Assembly: GCA_027365475.1 (NCBI GenBank)
Contig: DAHXNI010000080.1
Coordinates: 69,490-133,489 of the forward strand
Origin: Pseudomonadota bacterium
GTDB lineage: Bacteria > Pseudomonadota > Gammaproteobacteria > JAKAQQ01
Direction of reading: 5' to 3'
DNA: 64,000 bases
The notes below the pieces were generated by a model that had not been told where the DNA came from, did no database searches, and saw only the letters and a list, made by a program, of their open reading frames with translations. Both the position numbers and the translations under genes were made by a program. This document shows positions 31,756 to 42,865 of this stretch, one piece after another (the stretch's first letter is position 1; the number at the start of each line of letters is the position of its first letter).

Positions 31756-32025
31756 TCAGGCCGTGGTAGCCAGGCGACACCCTTCGGGTGAGCGCACGAG
31801 GCGGCCTGAGCGAGTGAGCTCGAGGAGTCGCGCATAGAAGGTGGTCTTGCAAGCGGCGCGCAGTTCAGCTGCGGAGACTGGATGATCGGATTGAGTGAGT
31901 GCGTCGAGGATGCGCTCATCGAGGGAGCTGGGCGATGGGACCTCGGTGAGGATCGTGGTGGCGGCGCGCACTTCCAGCGCCAAGGACTCACCGCGTTGCG
32001 CGAGTTCGAGTTGGATCGGCGGCAA
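31756..32025 (-). pseudogene. C-terminal wHTH fragment, probably of a mobile-element ATPase/replication protein
   Basis: ERILDAL...ELRAACK...RLLEL..SGRLVR wHTH-like pattern; no intact N-terminus; next to the tRNA-Pro 3' end. Confidence 0.4.
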
Positions 32026-32195
32026 TGCGGGGACTCGCGCCGATCATGGGTGAGGTGCTACCGACGGCGGTGCGGTGGAATGCAGCAGCGCCTGCAAAAG
32101 GGGCGACTGAGCGGGCGGCGTGAGTCCCCCATGAGTCCCAGATGGGCGGATGCCATCCAGCAGACCTGGATTTTGCGCGTAAGCCTTTGATTTAT

Positions 32196-32272
32196 TGGTC
32201 GGGGTGACAGGATTTGAACCTGCGGCCCCTACGTCCCGAACGTAGTGCTCTACCAGGCTGAGCTACACCCCG
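32196..32272 (-). tRNA. tRNA-Pro(CGG)
   Basis: CGGGGTGTAGCTCAGCCTGG...CTACG-TTCGGGA-CGTAG...GGTTCAAATCC...CCGACCA. Confidence 0.96.
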
Positions 32273-32335
32273 CGGAAAGTGGGACATGTTACCACGGACT
32301 CCGGGATCGGATCGTGATGGATTCCCTTGCGCGGT

Positions 32336-33343
32336 TTAGAACGCGCGACGCACCGAAAACTCGACCAGCTGTTCGAGTGCGGTGCCGTAGGCCGACCCCG
32401 ACAGGGAACCGATGAGTTCGAGCGCAATACGGGCTTCCCGTTCGGCACAGGCACGCGTGTACTCCAAGGCATCCGTGTCCCGTATCGCATTGAGGACAGA
32501 TTCGAGGTGACGCTCACCCCGACTCCGCACGGCCTCTTCCACCTCACGGAGCCGCACACCCGTCGAGACGGCAAGCGCCCGGATCAGTGGCAGGGTCGGC
32601 TTCCCCTCAGCCAGGTCGACACCCACATTCTTGCCGAGCCGCTCCGTCGGTGCGCTGTAGTCGAGCACATCGTCGATCAACTGGAACGCCATGCCCAGAT
32701 GATGCCCGAATCTGGACCATTGTGAGCGGACGTCCACTGCTCCGGCCGCAACAGCCCCGAGTTCGGAAGCGGCCGAGAAAAGTGTGGCAGTCTTGCGACG
32801 CACGACCTCCAGATAACGGGCCTCCGTTGTAGCAGGGTCGTGACAGTGCATGAGCTGCATCACCTCGCCCGAGGCGATGACATTGGTCGCCTCAGCCATG
32901 ATTTCCATCACTTCGAAGCGGCCGAGCGCAGCCATGATCTGAAACGCGCGCGAGTAGAGAAAGTCCCCGACCAGGATACTGGCTTCGTTGCCCCAGAGGC
33001 GGTGCGCGGCACGAAGACCGCGACGGATCTCGGCTTGGTCCACCACATCATCGTGCAAAAGTGTCGCGGTATGGATGAACTCGACCACCATAGCCAACTC
33101 GATATGGTCGAGCCCCCCGTAGCCCAGGGATCGCGCGACCAGCATCAGTAACAGGGGACGGAAGCGTTTGCCTCCACTTCCGATGATATGGGTTCCGATC
33201 CGGTTGACCAGGGGAACATCGGAAAAAAGCCGGATCTCGACTCTCCGGTCGAGTTCCTGAAGATCCCGGAGGATGGGTGCCCGGATCATCTCAAGTTCGT
33301 CTAGAACGAGTGGGGCGGCTGTAGAAACGCTTGGAATACTCAT
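32336..33343 (-). CDS. ispB: octaprenyl-diphosphate synthase
   Basis: GGKRFRP, LLHDDVVD, FQLIDDVLDY; divergent from rplU; start uncertain. Confidence 0.93.
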   Translation of the reverse strand: MSIPSVSTAAPLVLDELEMIRAPILRDLQELDRRVEIRLFSDVPLVNRIGTHIIGSGGKRFRPLLLMLVARSLGYGGLDHIELAMVVEFIHTATLLHDDVVDQAEIRRGLRAAHRLWGNEASILVGDFLYSRAFQIMAALGRFEVMEIMAEATNVIASGEVMQLMHCHDPATTEARYLEVVRRKTATLFSAASELGAVAAGAVDVRSQWSRFGHHLGMAFQLIDDVLDYSAPTERLGKNVGVDLAEGKPTLPLIRALAVSTGVRLREVEEAVRSRGERHLESVLNAIRDTDALEYTRACAEREARIALELIGSLSGSAYGTALEQLVEFSVRRAF

Positions 33344-33376
33344 GCGGCGATTCACTGGGATCTCGCGTGATTCATG

Positions 33377-33406
33377 TTGACCTCGCCCCCTGTTCCCCCG
33401 TAAAAT
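33377..33406 (+). promoter_or_regulatory. sigma70-like promoter for rplU-rpmA
   Basis: TTGACC-N18-TAAAAT upstream of rplU. Confidence 0.55.
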
Positions 33407-33447
33407 AGCCCGATTCGCATTCTTCCAGACTTCGTGGGACAGACAGC

Positions 33448-33765
33448 ATGTTCGCAGTATTGGCTACGGGTGGCAAACAGTATAAGGTGAAACCGGGAGA
33501 TATCATACGGGTGGAGGCGCTCTCGGGCGCGATCGGCGACCCGGTTGACTTCGATCAAATCCTACTCGTTGCGAGCGATGACGGCACCGTCACGACCGGA
33601 CGCCCTTATGTGGCAGGCAGTCATGTCATCGGCCGGATCCACGCAAGTGGCCAGAGCCGGAAGGTGGTCACGATCAAACTGAGACGGCGGAAGAATTCGC
33701 GGCGCAAGGCAGGACACCGCCAGCCTTTCAGCGACATTGCCATCGACCGCATCGAAACCGCATAG
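33448..33765 (+). CDS. rplU: 50S ribosomal protein L21
   Basis: [22 protein letters not shown]. Confidence 0.97.
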   Translation: MFAVLATGGKQYKVKPGDIIRVEALSGAIGDPVDFDQILLVASDDGTVTTGRPYVAGSHVIGRIHASGQSRKVVTIKLRRRKNSRRKAGHRQPFSDIAIDRIETA

Positions 33766-33778
33766 AGGATTTCCAACC

Positions 33779-34042
33779 ATGGCCCACAAGAAAGCAGGCG
33801 GATCTAGCCGCAACGGACGGGATTCCCAGTCCAAACGGCTCGGCATCAAGCATTTTGGTGGAGAGCAGGTACCTGCCGGCGCGATTCTGGTCAGGCAGCG
33901 CGGAACCCGCATTCTGGCTGGCAGCAATGTCGGGGTCGGCAAAGACCATACCCTTTTTGCCCTGGTCGGTGGCCAGGTCGAGTTCAAAAGAAAGCCGCGC
34001 ATCGGCAAAACGATCGTTCACGTCCAGGCCGCGACGGCCTGA
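33779..34042 (+). CDS. rpmA: 50S ribosomal protein L27
   Basis: [25 protein letters not shown]. Confidence 0.98.
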   Translation: MAHKKAGGSSRNGRDSQSKRLGIKHFGGEQVPAGAILVRQRGTRILAGSNVGVGKDHTLFALVGGQVEFKRKPRIGKTIVHVQAATA

Positions 34043-34159
34043 TCTCGCCGCACCGGAGAGATCCGGGAACGGTCGGACCAAACGGATGGCCCTCTTTCCG
34101 CAGACTCAATCCCAGCTGCGGCTCCACTCCACCCTTACCGGTCAGACAGTGCCCCAGCC

Positions 34160-35245
34160 TTGAAATTCGTCGACGAAGCAGTCATCCATGTCCTTGCGGG
34201 AAACGGCGGGAATGGTTGCGTGAGTTTCCGGCGTGAGAAATTCGTTCCGCGGGGCGGCCCAGACGGGGGCGATGGCGGTCGTGGCGGCTCGATCTACCTC
34301 ATTGGCCTGAGTGGACTCAATACCCTGGTCGACTTCCGGGTCCGAACCTTCTGGCGCGCGCGCAGCGGCCATAACGGCTCCGGACGGAACCGAACAGGGG
34401 CAAGCGGCATCGACCTTTTGATTCCGGTTCCACTCGGAACCCTGGTTTACAACCAGGACCACGACGAGATGATCGGTGAGGTCACCCATCCGGACGAACG
34501 CCTACTCGTCGCCCGGGGTGGAGACGGCGGTCTCGGGAATACCCACTTCAAATCTTCGGTGCGGCAAGCTCCGCGCAAAGCCACCCCGGGAGAACCCGGC
34601 GAGGAACGAATCCTTCATCTCGAACTCAAGGTTCTTGCGGATGTGGGGCTCCTCGGTCTGCCCAATGCCGGCAAATCTTCGCTCCTCGCAGCGATCTCGG
34701 ATGCCCGCCCCAAGGTCGGAGACTACCCGTTTACGACGCTCACACCCAAACTCGGGCAGGTTCATGTGGGTTTGGACCAAAGTTTCTTCGTGGCGGATAT
34801 CCCCGGACTCATCGAAGGTGCCGCAGCCGGTCGCGGCCTCGGCATCCAGTTTCTCAAGCATCTGTCGAGAACCCGGCTCCTGTTCCATATCGTCGATCTC
34901 AGCCGGGGGGGACCGGAAGCCCTTGTACGGGATATTGCCGAAATCGAGAGCGAACTCTTGAAATACGATCCGGAACTGACGCGCCGCCCCATCTGGCTTG
35001 TGCTCAACAAAGTGGATCTGATCGAGCGCGAAGAGGCCCTTGCCCTGAAAGCGGCCGTCGCAAGTCTGGACCCGCATCCGGTCAAGCGCCCGCTGTTCCT
35101 CATATCCGCCCGGGATGGATCTGGCGTAGCGGAACTGCTCGAAGCAGCCGCGATCCAGCTCAGATCTCAGGCTGCAGCGCTGCCTGCGGCAGACCTCCCG
35201 TCACAGCCCGCCGAGCCTGAAGCCAACGAGAACGCGCCCCGCTGA
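34160..35245 (+). CDS. obgE: GTPase ObgE/CgtA
   Basis: KFVDEA, SFRREK, GLPNAGKS, YPFTT, DIPG, NKVD. Confidence 0.97.
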   Translation: MKFVDEAVIHVLAGNGGNGCVSFRREKFVPRGGPDGGDGGRGGSIYLIGLSGLNTLVDFRVRTFWRARSGHNGSGRNRTGASGIDLLIPVPLGTLVYNQDHDEMIGEVTHPDERLLVARGGDGGLGNTHFKSSVRQAPRKATPGEPGEERILHLELKVLADVGLLGLPNAGKSSLLAAISDARPKVGDYPFTTLTPKLGQVHVGLDQSFFVADIPGLIEGAAAGRGLGIQFLKHLSRTRLLFHIVDLSRGGPEALVRDIAEIESELLKYDPELTRRPIWLVLNKVDLIEREEALALKAAVASLDPHPVKRPLFLISARDGSGVAELLEAAAIQLRSQAAALPAADLPSQPAEPEANENAPR

Positions 35246-35311
35246 ACCCAAGTTCAGTGTGCAACGCACAAGGAGTAAAACGCGCCGTGCCGAACTGGCG
35301 CCGGCGATCGT

Positions 35312-35587
35312 TCAGGCGGGATGCGCCGACAATTTTTTGAGGTGGCGGTTCAAACGGGATTTGATACGCGCAGCCTGGTTGCGGTGGATGAGCCCCTTGC
35401 CAACCGCGCGATCCACAAGCGAGGTGGTCTTCTGGTAGGCACCCCGCGAACCCTCCAGGTTTCCACCCGTAAGCGCTTCCCGAACCTGACGGATCGCGGT
35501 CCGGATGGTGGATCGGGCAGCCTGATTGCGCACACGGTGACGCTCAGCCTGGCGGACACGTTTTTTGGCTTGGCGGGTATTGGCCAA
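35312..35587 (-). CDS. rpsT: 30S ribosomal protein S20
   Basis: ANTRQAKKRVRQ, KGLIHRNQAARIKSRL; TTG start. Confidence 0.96.
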   Translation of the reverse strand: MANTRQAKKRVRQAERHRVRNQAARSTIRTAIRQVREALTGGNLEGSRGAYQKTTSLVDRAVGKGLIHRNQAARIKSRLNRHLKKLSAHPA

Positions 35588-35589
35588 CG

Positions 35590-38500
35590 CTATCTCCGGG
35601 AAAAGGAATTCAAGCGTTTATTATCTTCGAGGATCGCCTGCTCTGCAAGCCCACCGCCCGTGATCCCCTGTCCCGACGTCACTTCCTCAGGTACATAAGC
35701 GAGATTCGGGGCCAGCCAGCGCTCCACCCGCTCGATCGATTGACCCTTGCGCCGGGCGTAATCTTCGATCTGATCACGCTGAACCCGGCCCACCGCGAAA
35801 TAATGCGCTTCCGGATGGGAGAAATAGAACCCGCAGACCGATGCGGCAGGCCACATGGCATAGTTTTCGGTGAGCCGGATCCCGATCCGATCCGAAACCC
35901 CGAGCAGGCGGAAAAGAGTTTCCTTTTCGGTATGATCTGGACAAGCGGGGTAGCCTGGTGCCGGGCGAATGCCCTGGTATGCTTCGCGGATAAGACGCTC
36001 CGGGTCCATCGACTCCCCGCGGGCGTACCCCCAAAACTCCCGCCGTACCCGTTCATGCAGTCTTTCGGCGAGTGCCTCGGCCAACCGGTCCGCGAGCGCC
36101 TTGACCAGGATCGCACCGTAATCGTCGTGATCCTGCATGAATCTCTCGACCAGTGACTCGAGACCCACTCCGGCAGTCACTGCGAAAAGACCGATCCAGT
36201 CCGGGATACCGCTCCCGGCGGGGGCGACAAAGTCGGCGAGCGAGCGGTTCGGACGTCCCGGCGGCCGTTCGTCCTGCTGGCGCAGAAAGTGGAAAACCGG
36301 CGCGTCGGCATCAGTGTATCCCGGCACCCGGAGTCGGACATCCTCGTCTGCTAAGGATTCAGCGGGATAAAGACCCATGACGGCCTGGGCGCCAAGACTC
36401 CGATTGTGGACGATCTCCTCGAGCAGGTTCTGGGCATCTTTGAGCAGCTTGAGCGCCTCCTCGCCTTTCACGGGATCCTCGAGAATGCGCGGGTAACTGC
36501 CTTTGAGCTGCCAGACATGGAAGAAAGGCGTCCAGTCGATATAGGGAATCAGCTCCTTGAGGGGGTAGTCCTCAAAGACCAGAAGACCGGGCTGATCCGG
36601 CGTGGGCGGCGAGCTGTTTTCCCAAAGGATGGGGGTTCGGTTCCGGCGCGCAGCCGCGAGAGCAAGCCAGCGTGTCGAAGACCGTTGTCCGGCCTGGACC
36701 GTACGAATCCTTGCATACTCCATCCGGGTCTCCGCAGCGAAGGCTTCAGACTGATTCCCCATGAGCTGTCCGACCACGCCAACCGCCCGCGAGGCGTCCT
36801 TTACATGGATCACGGGTGCTTCATAATGCGGGGCGATTTTAATGGCGGTATGGGTCCGGGACGTGGTTGCCCCTCCGATCAGGAGCGGAATCCGGAGCCC
36901 CGCATGCTGCATTTCCTCGGCCACCCGGGACATTTCCTCGAGTGAGGGTGTAATGAGCCCCGACAGGCCCACGAGATCGACCTTCTCGCGCTGAGCCATC
37001 TCAATGATCGCCCGGACCGGGGTCATCACGCCGAGATCGATCACTTCGTAGTTGTTGCAGGCCAAAACCACACCGACGATGTTTTTCCCAATGTCGTGGA
37101 CATCGCCCTTGACGGTCGCGAGAAGCACTTTCCCCTGGCTTCGGCTCGCGCCGCTCTTTTCCTGCTCGATAAACGGAATGAGGTAGGCAACCGCCTTCTT
37201 CATCACCCGGGCGGACTTCACCACCTGGGGCAGGAACATCTTCCCGCTTCCGAACAGATCCCCCACGATATTCATACCCTCCATGAGCGGCCCCTCAATC
37301 ACGTCGAGCGCACGCGTGAAAGACGTGCGGGCTTCTTCAACGTCGGCTTCAATACCCTCCGCGATGCCCTGAACCAGAGCATGCTTGAGACGCTCACGGA
37401 CCGGTTGATCCCGCCAGGCGGGAGCGGATGCTTTCGTATCCCGGCGCGGATCAAGGGTTTGCGCCCATTCAATCAGGCGTTCAGAGGCATCCGCTCGCCG
37501 GTGGAGCACCAGGTCTTCGACACGTTCGCGCAAAGGCTGGGGAATTTCCTCATAAACCGGCAGTTGACCGGCGTTCACGATCCCGAGATCAAGCCCGGCA
37601 CGGATGGCGTGATACAGAAAAACCGCGTGAATGGCTTCCCGTAACCGGTTATTGCCCCGAAACGAAAAAGAGACATTGCTCACTCCCCCCGAGGTCAGCG
37701 TACCCGGCAGACGCCGTTTGATTTCCGTCACCGACTCGAAAAAATCGAGCGCATAGCGGTCATGCGCCTCAATCCCCGTGCCGATTGCAAAGATATTGGG
37801 ATCAAAGATGATGTCCTCCAGTGGGAAACCGAGCTGGTGGACAAGCAGACGTGCGGCCCGTTCACAAACAGCGACCCGCCGTTCGACCGTATCCGCCTGA
37901 CCGCTTTCGTCGAACGCCATGATCACAACCGCTGCACCATAACGTCGGGCCGCTCGCGCATGTTCCAGAAAGGATTCCTCACCCTCCTTGAGACTCAGCG
38001 AGTTGATCACGGGCTTGCCCTGCACATTCCGGAGTCCCGCTTCGATGATCGACCATCTGGATGAATCGATCATGATCGGAACGCGGGCGATATCGGGTTC
38101 GGTGGCCAGCCGCCGCAGAAACCGCGTCATGGCCGCCTCCCCATCCAGCAGTGCCTCATCCATGTTGATATCGAGGATCTGAGCACCGTTTTCAACCTGA
38201 TCACGTGCCACAACGAGCGCCGATTCCTCATCTCCCGCCAAGATCCATTTCTTGAACTGGGACGACCCGGTAACGTTCGTTCGCTCTCCGACATTGACGA
38301 ACAGACTTCCGGGTCCGATGTTCAGGGGCTCGAGTCCCGCGAGGCGACAGCGGGATTCGATCTGGGGGATTCCCCGTGGCCTCAGATTCCGGCACCCAGC
38401 AGCAAAAGCAGTGATATGTGCGGGTGTCGTTCCGCAACAGCCGCCGACGATGTTGAGCCAGCCCCGCTGTGCCCAATCCGTCATCTCCCGGGCCATGGAC

Positions 38501-39369
38501 TCGGGGGACTCGTCATAGCCACCAAATGCATTGGGTAACCCTGCATTAGGATGAACGCTCACCAGGCAATCCGCGATCCGGGATAGCTCCTCGACGTAGG
38601 GACGCAGTTCGGAAGGCCCCAAGGCACAGTTCAACCCGACACTGAAGGGGCGCACATGACGGACCGAGTTCCAGAAGGCCTCGACCGTCTGTCCGGAAAG
38701 CGTGCGGCCGGATCGATCGGTGATCGTGGCTGAGATCATGATCGGCGTCCGACACCCATCGATTGCAAAGCGGGATTCCAGGGCAAACAAGGCGGCTTTG
38801 CAGTTCAGCGTGTCAAAAACCGTTTCCACCATGATGAGATGCACGCCGCCCTCGAGCAACCCATCGATCGCCTCGGTATAGACCCGGGTCAGGGTCTCGA
38901 AGTCGATGGTTCGCGCACCGGGATCTTCGACGTTCGCTGACATCGATGCCATGCGATTGGTCGGCCCGAGTATGCCCACCACAAAACGCGGCTGATGCGG
39001 GGTTTTTTGGGTCCATTGATCCGCCTCTGCACGCGCCAGTCGCGCAGCTTCACGATTGAGTTCACCGACGCAGCATTCGGTTCCATAGTCTCCTTGGGCG
39101 ATCGCAGTCGAGTTGAAGGTATTGGTCTCGATCAAATCCGCACCTGCCTCAAGATACGCGGCATGGATCCGGCGGATGAGATCGGGGCGGGTGAGTGTCA
39201 GAAGATCGTTGTTGCCCTTGAGCTCGCGGGGGTGGTTCCGGAACCGAGCACCCCGGAAGTCAGCCTCCCCGAGTCCCCATGCCTGAATTTCGGTTCCCAT
39301 CGCCCCATCCAGAATCAGAATGCGTTCTTTGAGGCGGCTCTGGATGAGATCGCGCGTATCCATGCTCAA
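35590..39369 (-). CDS. metH: cobalamin-dependent methionine synthase
   Basis: [27 protein letters not shown] (B12 site), [12 protein letters not shown]. Confidence 0.98.
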   Translation of the reverse strand: MSMDTRDLIQSRLKERILILDGAMGTEIQAWGLGEADFRGARFRNHPRELKGNNDLLTLTRPDLIRRIHAAYLEAGADLIETNTFNSTAIAQGDYGTECCVGELNREAARLARAEADQWTQKTPHQPRFVVGILGPTNRMASMSANVEDPGARTIDFETLTRVYTEAIDGLLEGGVHLIMVETVFDTLNCKAALFALESRFAIDGCRTPIMISATITDRSGRTLSGQTVEAFWNSVRHVRPFSVGLNCALGPSELRPYVEELSRIADCLVSVHPNAGLPNAFGGYDESPESMAREMTDWAQRGWLNIVGGCCGTTPAHITAFAAGCRNLRPRGIPQIESRCRLAGLEPLNIGPGSLFVNVGERTNVTGSSQFKKWILAGDEESALVVARDQVENGAQILDINMDEALLDGEAAMTRFLRRLATEPDIARVPIMIDSSRWSIIEAGLRNVQGKPVINSLSLKEGEESFLEHARAARRYGAAVVIMAFDESGQADTVERRVAVCERAARLLVHQLGFPLEDIIFDPNIFAIGTGIEAHDRYALDFFESVTEIKRRLPGTLTSGGVSNVSFSFRGNNRLREAIHAVFLYHAIRAGLDLGIVNAGQLPVYEEIPQPLRERVEDLVLHRRADASERLIEWAQTLDPRRDTKASAPAWRDQPVRERLKHALVQGIAEGIEADVEEARTSFTRALDVIEGPLMEGMNIVGDLFGSGKMFLPQVVKSARVMKKAVAYLIPFIEQEKSGASRSQGKVLLATVKGDVHDIGKNIVGVVLACNNYEVIDLGVMTPVRAIIEMAQREKVDLVGLSGLITPSLEEMSRVAEEMQHAGLRIPLLIGGATTSRTHTAIKIAPHYEAPVIHVKDASRAVGVVGQLMGNQSEAFAAETRMEYARIRTVQAGQRSSTRWLALAAARRNRTPILWENSSPPTPDQPGLLVFEDYPLKELIPYIDWTPFFHVWQLKGSYPRILEDPVKGEEALKLLKDAQNLLEEIVHNRSLGAQAVMGLYPAESLADEDVRLRVPGYTDADAPVFHFLRQQDERPPGRPNRSLADFVAPAGSGIPDWIGLFAVTAGVGLESLVERFMQDHDDYGAILVKALADRLAEALAERLHERVRREFWGYARGESMDPERLIREAYQGIRPAPGYPACPDHTEKETLFRLLGVSDRIGIRLTENYAMWPAASVCGFYFSHPEAHYFAVGRVQRDQIEDYARRKGQSIERVERWLAPNLAYVPEEVTSGQGITGGGLAEQAILEDNKRLNSFSRR

Positions 39370-40304
39370 ACCCGGAGAGACGGAGAAGCCGGATGGCTGG
39401 CCTGGGGTGCTGATTCCACGATCCCCAAAAACCGGCAGATCGCCCGGGTCAGCTCCGGACGGTTGAGCGTGTAGAAATGAAGTGCTTCGACTCCCTCCCG
39501 CTTGAGTGACTGACAGAGTTCAGCCGTCACTTGCGCCCCCACCAACTTGCCCGTTTCCGGATCGTTGTCGAGACCTTCGTAGAGGCGCGCCAACCAAGCC
39601 GGCACCCGGGCTCCGCAGCGGGCACTGATCCGGCCGAGCTGCGCGAAATCCGTGACCGGCAGAATTCCAGGGATGATGGGGATGTGGACTCCGGCGCGCC
39701 GAGCTTGATCGCGGAACCTGAGATAGGTGGCGGGATCGAAAAAATACTGGGTGATCGCCCGCATGGCGCCAGCATCTTCCTTGCGCTTGAGATTTTCGAT
39801 TTCGGCGTGGATCCCGGGGGATTCAGGATGGCCTTCCGGGTGCGCTGCGACACTGACCTCGAAGTCGGCGAAGGATCGGATTCCGGCGACCAGTTCCGCA
39901 GCAAAACCGTACCCTTCGGGGTGAGGTGTAAAGGTACCCTGACCCTCCGGCGCATCGCCGCGCAACGCCACAATATGACGAATGCCTGCATCCCAATAGC
40001 GGCGTAGGATTGTATTAATGTCGCCCCGGCTCGCGCCCACACAGGTGAGATGGGCGGCAGGCCGTAGCGAGGTTTGACGGCGGATCGCCGTCACGATGTC
40101 GTGAGTACGCATGCGAGTGGTCCCGAGTGCGCCGTAGGTTACGGACACAAAATCCGGATCGAGCGGTTGAAGTCGCTCTAGTGCGTGCCACAGCGAACGT
40201 TCGAGTTGGGGATTCCCCGGTGGGAAAAACTCGAATGAGACCTGAAGCTTCAAAGCCCGCCGGACCCGGTCACCGGCCAATGCATCTCTGCTCACGATTG
40301 CCAC
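39366..40304 (-). CDS. metF: 5,10-methylenetetrahydrofolate reductase
   Basis: SFEFFPP, SVTYGA, HLTC, ALRGD, TQYFFD, HFYTLN. Confidence 0.97.
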   Translation of the reverse strand: MAIVSRDALAGDRVRRALKLQVSFEFFPPGNPQLERSLWHALERLQPLDPDFVSVTYGALGTTRMRTHDIVTAIRRQTSLRPAAHLTCVGASRGDINTILRRYWDAGIRHIVALRGDAPEGQGTFTPHPEGYGFAAELVAGIRSFADFEVSVAAHPEGHPESPGIHAEIENLKRKEDAGAMRAITQYFFDPATYLRFRDQARRAGVHIPIIPGILPVTDFAQLGRISARCGARVPAWLARLYEGLDNDPETGKLVGAQVTAELCQSLKREGVEALHFYTLNRPELTRAICRFLGIVESAPQASHPASPSLRV

Positions 40305-40409
40305 CTCGTACGGTGCCGTAACCCACAGGTTCCCGCTCCATGGGCACCCTCAACGGGCCGGCCTGAACCCCGGACCATCCGCAAGGCTCCATCCGCCGCG
40401 GCAGCCCAT

Positions 40410-40443
40410 AAAAAAACCCGCTCAGCTTTCGCTACAGCAGGTT
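40410..40443 (-). terminator. intrinsic terminator of the riboswitch expression platform
   Basis: AACCTGCTGTAGC-GAAA-GCTGAGCGGG followed by a T7 run. Confidence 0.75.
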
Positions 40444-40455
40444 CCTTGGGGGTCC

Positions 40456-40512
40456 CCCGCTTTAGCCGTATTTATTGAGCGCCCGCAAGCTGAGTATCAA
40501 ATCGGCGCTTGA
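40456..40512 (-). ncRNA. SAM-II riboswitch
   Basis: GCGCCGATTTG...TTGCGGGCGC..ATAAATACGGCTAAAG fits the SAM-II consensus; upstream of metF-metH. Confidence 0.85.
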
Positions 40513-40516
40513 GATC

Positions 40517-40545
40517 AAGTTAGCTCCCCAAGCGGGATTTGTCAA
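40517..40545 (-). promoter_or_regulatory. sigma70-like promoter of the metF-metH leader
   Basis: TTGACA-N17-TAACTT immediately 5' of the aptamer. Confidence 0.7.
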
Positions 40546-40616
40546 GCCAGAGCCTCTTCCAACAGCAATTCTCAATGTGAAGTGACGCCGCTTCGGGACA
40601 GGGTGGCGGTTCGATG

Positions 40617-41516
40617 CTACGAGGCTTGCGTGAGCCTGTGCCGGGCGTTGGGCACCAGCGGGTAGAGCCATATCCGTTTGGGGCTTGCCCCGTGGCGGAG
40701 GTGTTGGCGGTCTTCACGGCCGCGGCCCGTGGTGAGGCCGACATCAATCCAGTTGGCAGCACGGTAGCAATGGCCAGTAAAGCGGGCGGGATCGACCAGG
40801 GTCTCGGCGAGAAGAGGCTGAACACCGTAGGCGGCCGTCCAATCGGTGATGACCGTGCGCAGGGCAAGTGCCAGCACATGGCTCGCGAGGTTTTGAACCC
40901 GCACAGGGGGCAAGATCAGGAAGCGGGAGTTGCAGATGATCTGCTGGAGGCACCGGGCCCGGGTGGCATCGTCCCAGCCGATCCACTGATCACGCTTATG
41001 CAGGCGCCAGGCGGGCGAGGAGAACTGCAGGCAGCCCAGGACCACGGATGCGGGGGCCGTGGTTTGGATCAGGTAGCGGAGATGGGCGCCAAAGGGCACG
41101 CGATGGCCGAGATCATGATGGCGCTCGATCAACGTGCGCCAGAGCGTCCGGTCTCCGGGCGTAGTCACGCGCTGAAGTGCGATCGGCTGCAGGGTGGCCA
41201 GCGGCACGTCGAGCGGGGCCAACTCTGGGTCCGGGCTGACCGGAACCGACGACCCCGCCCCGCGCGGGCGACCGGACCGCAGCGCGGGCAGGCCGATCAG
41301 CCCCGCCTCCTGCATCCGTTCGAGGAGCGCCCGGCATTCGATCGTCTTCGGTTGTCCGTTGGGGCGGTGCCAGTCGAGGAGCTCGCACACCGTCTGCGCC
41401 AACTCATGACGGCTTAAGCGCCCATAGCGTTTCGCCAAGGCGATAATCAGCGACCGTTGCTGCGTCTCGAGTACCTGACCACAAAATCGGACGTCATCCA
41501 GGGGGGTGGTCCTCAA
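40617..41516 (-). CDS. DUF4338 / Druantia DruA-like protein
   Basis: LSR.EL...VCELLDW...NG.PK, LRYLI, RDQWIGWD, NSRFLILP, NLASHVL, ETLVDP.RFTG.CY.AANW..VG.TTGRGR; TTG start overlaps the transposase TGA. Confidence 0.8.
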   Translation of the reverse strand: MRTTPLDDVRFCGQVLETQQRSLIIALAKRYGRLSRHELAQTVCELLDWHRPNGQPKTIECRALLERMQEAGLIGLPALRSGRPRGAGSSVPVSPDPELAPLDVPLATLQPIALQRVTTPGDRTLWRTLIERHHDLGHRVPFGAHLRYLIQTTAPASVVLGCLQFSSPAWRLHKRDQWIGWDDATRARCLQQIICNSRFLILPPVRVQNLASHVLALALRTVITDWTAAYGVQPLLAETLVDPARFTGHCYRAANWIDVGLTTGRGREDRQHLRHGASPKRIWLYPLVPNARHRLTQAS

Positions 41517-42865
41517 CTGCTGTCCGGCGCGTCGATTTCGAGGCCTTTGAGCATAAAATCGAGCAAGGCCTCGAAACTCCCGAAGCACAGATACCGGGTC
41601 AACGCCCGGATATCGTCAAAAAAGGTCTGACGGGTGGGGAGACTCGCGCGCAACACCTGGTACTTCCGGCAGATGATCTCCTGCACGGTATGCAGCAGGA
41701 AGGCGAGGAGGTTCAAGGTCGCCAAAAGGGACGAGAGATGGCACTTGCCGTGCCCGAAATTGTGCTCGAAATGGTAGCCCTTGGTCTTTAAGGTGTTGTT
41801 AGCGCCGTTCTCGATACCCCATCGCGCCCGGGCGGCCGCCGCGAGGGCGGCGACATTACCGGAGTGGATCGCGTGCCGCGTGACCCAGGCATTGTGGTAG
41901 GTCGTTTGGCCCGCGGCATCGGTGGTGGTGAGCTCCAGCCAGTTAACGCAAAGCGCGTCCTCGCCGGCTCGTAGCGGCAATTGCGAAGCGAAGCGGTACG
42001 TATCCAGGTAGGTCTTGGGGCCCCGGCGGCGCGTGATCTCATGGGTCATCACGCCCCCCGAACGCGCAAGTCCCTCGACTTCCTCATAGAGCGTGAGATG
42101 CGAACTCGGCTTACAGACAAAAAGGAAGTGCAGGCCGGCCGCCAGGACCGCTTCGCACAACGGCTGGCGGCTGTAGAGGTCATCACCCAACAGCGTGACG
42201 TGCTGATCCCGTAGACGGTCGCCCGTGGCCGCCAGCCAGCGCTTGGCCGCCGCCGTCTCGCAATCCTGCTTGTCGTGGCCGTCCTGCGGGACCATGAATT
42301 CCGGCGCCAGGGGAATCACCCGGCTTAAGCCCGGGGTCACGATCACCGGTGTGATGACCGTGTGCTGATAGCTCACGGCGCCATTTTTGTGCTCGATCCG
42401 GGTGCATTGCGGGCAATGGATGGTGTGGGAGGCGTGGTAGGCCGTCCCATCCAGGGCGATCAGCAGCGTGCCCGGACCGCTGGCGGAGGCATCGAGCGAC
42501 ACCCGAAAGGGGTCGATGTGACCACCGGCGTTCAGGGCCTCAAATATCTGCGTAAAGAGCGGGAACAGGTGAGAAGGCGCCACGGGATCGAGCATCGTGC
42601 GCACACAATTGTCCGTCGGGATCTGGCTCATGCCAAAGAGCGTCTGCGCATTGCTTTGGCCACGGGTCTGCTCCATCGTCCTCTGATAGGCCAGAAACGA
42701 CGGGCTTTGTGTGGTGAACACCGCCAAGGCCGCCAAGGCCGCGTCTTCCATGCGATAGACGCAATTCTTCCCGGTCCGTTTGTCGGGAGCCGCCCGCATC
42801 ACTTCTTTGAGCGATTCCACTAAGACATTCAGACTCAGGGGATTTTCGGTAACACGATCCGTCAC
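41513..42865 (-). CDS. DDE transposase (ISNCY-like)
   Basis: PDKRTGKN, IALDGT, KQDCE..AAKR, LGDDLY, RARW.IEN..NNTLKTKGY.FEHNFGHG. Confidence 0.88.
   Translation of the reverse strand: MTDRVTENPLSLNVLVESLKEVMRAAPDKRTGKNCVYRMEDAALAALAVFTTQSPSFLAYQRTMEQTRGQSNAQTLFGMSQIPTDNCVRTMLDPVAPSHLFPLFTQIFEALNAGGHIDPFRVSLDASASGPGTLLIALDGTAYHASHTIHCPQCTRIEHKNGAVSYQHTVITPVIVTPGLSRVIPLAPEFMVPQDGHDKQDCETAAAKRWLAATGDRLRDQHVTLLGDDLYSRQPLCEAVLAAGLHFLFVCKPSSHLTLYEEVEGLARSGGVMTHEITRRRGPKTYLDTYRFASQLPLRAGEDALCVNWLELTTTDAAGQTTYHNAWVTRHAIHSGNVAALAAAARARWGIENGANNTLKTKGYHFEHNFGHGKCHLSSLLATLNLLAFLLHTVQEIICRKYQVLRASLPTRQTFFDDIRALTRYLCFGSFEALLDFMLKGLEIDAPDSS

Noticed and set aside
40617-41516. Complete Druantia system
   Set aside because: No DruE helicase or other dru genes nearby; the gene lies inside an IS
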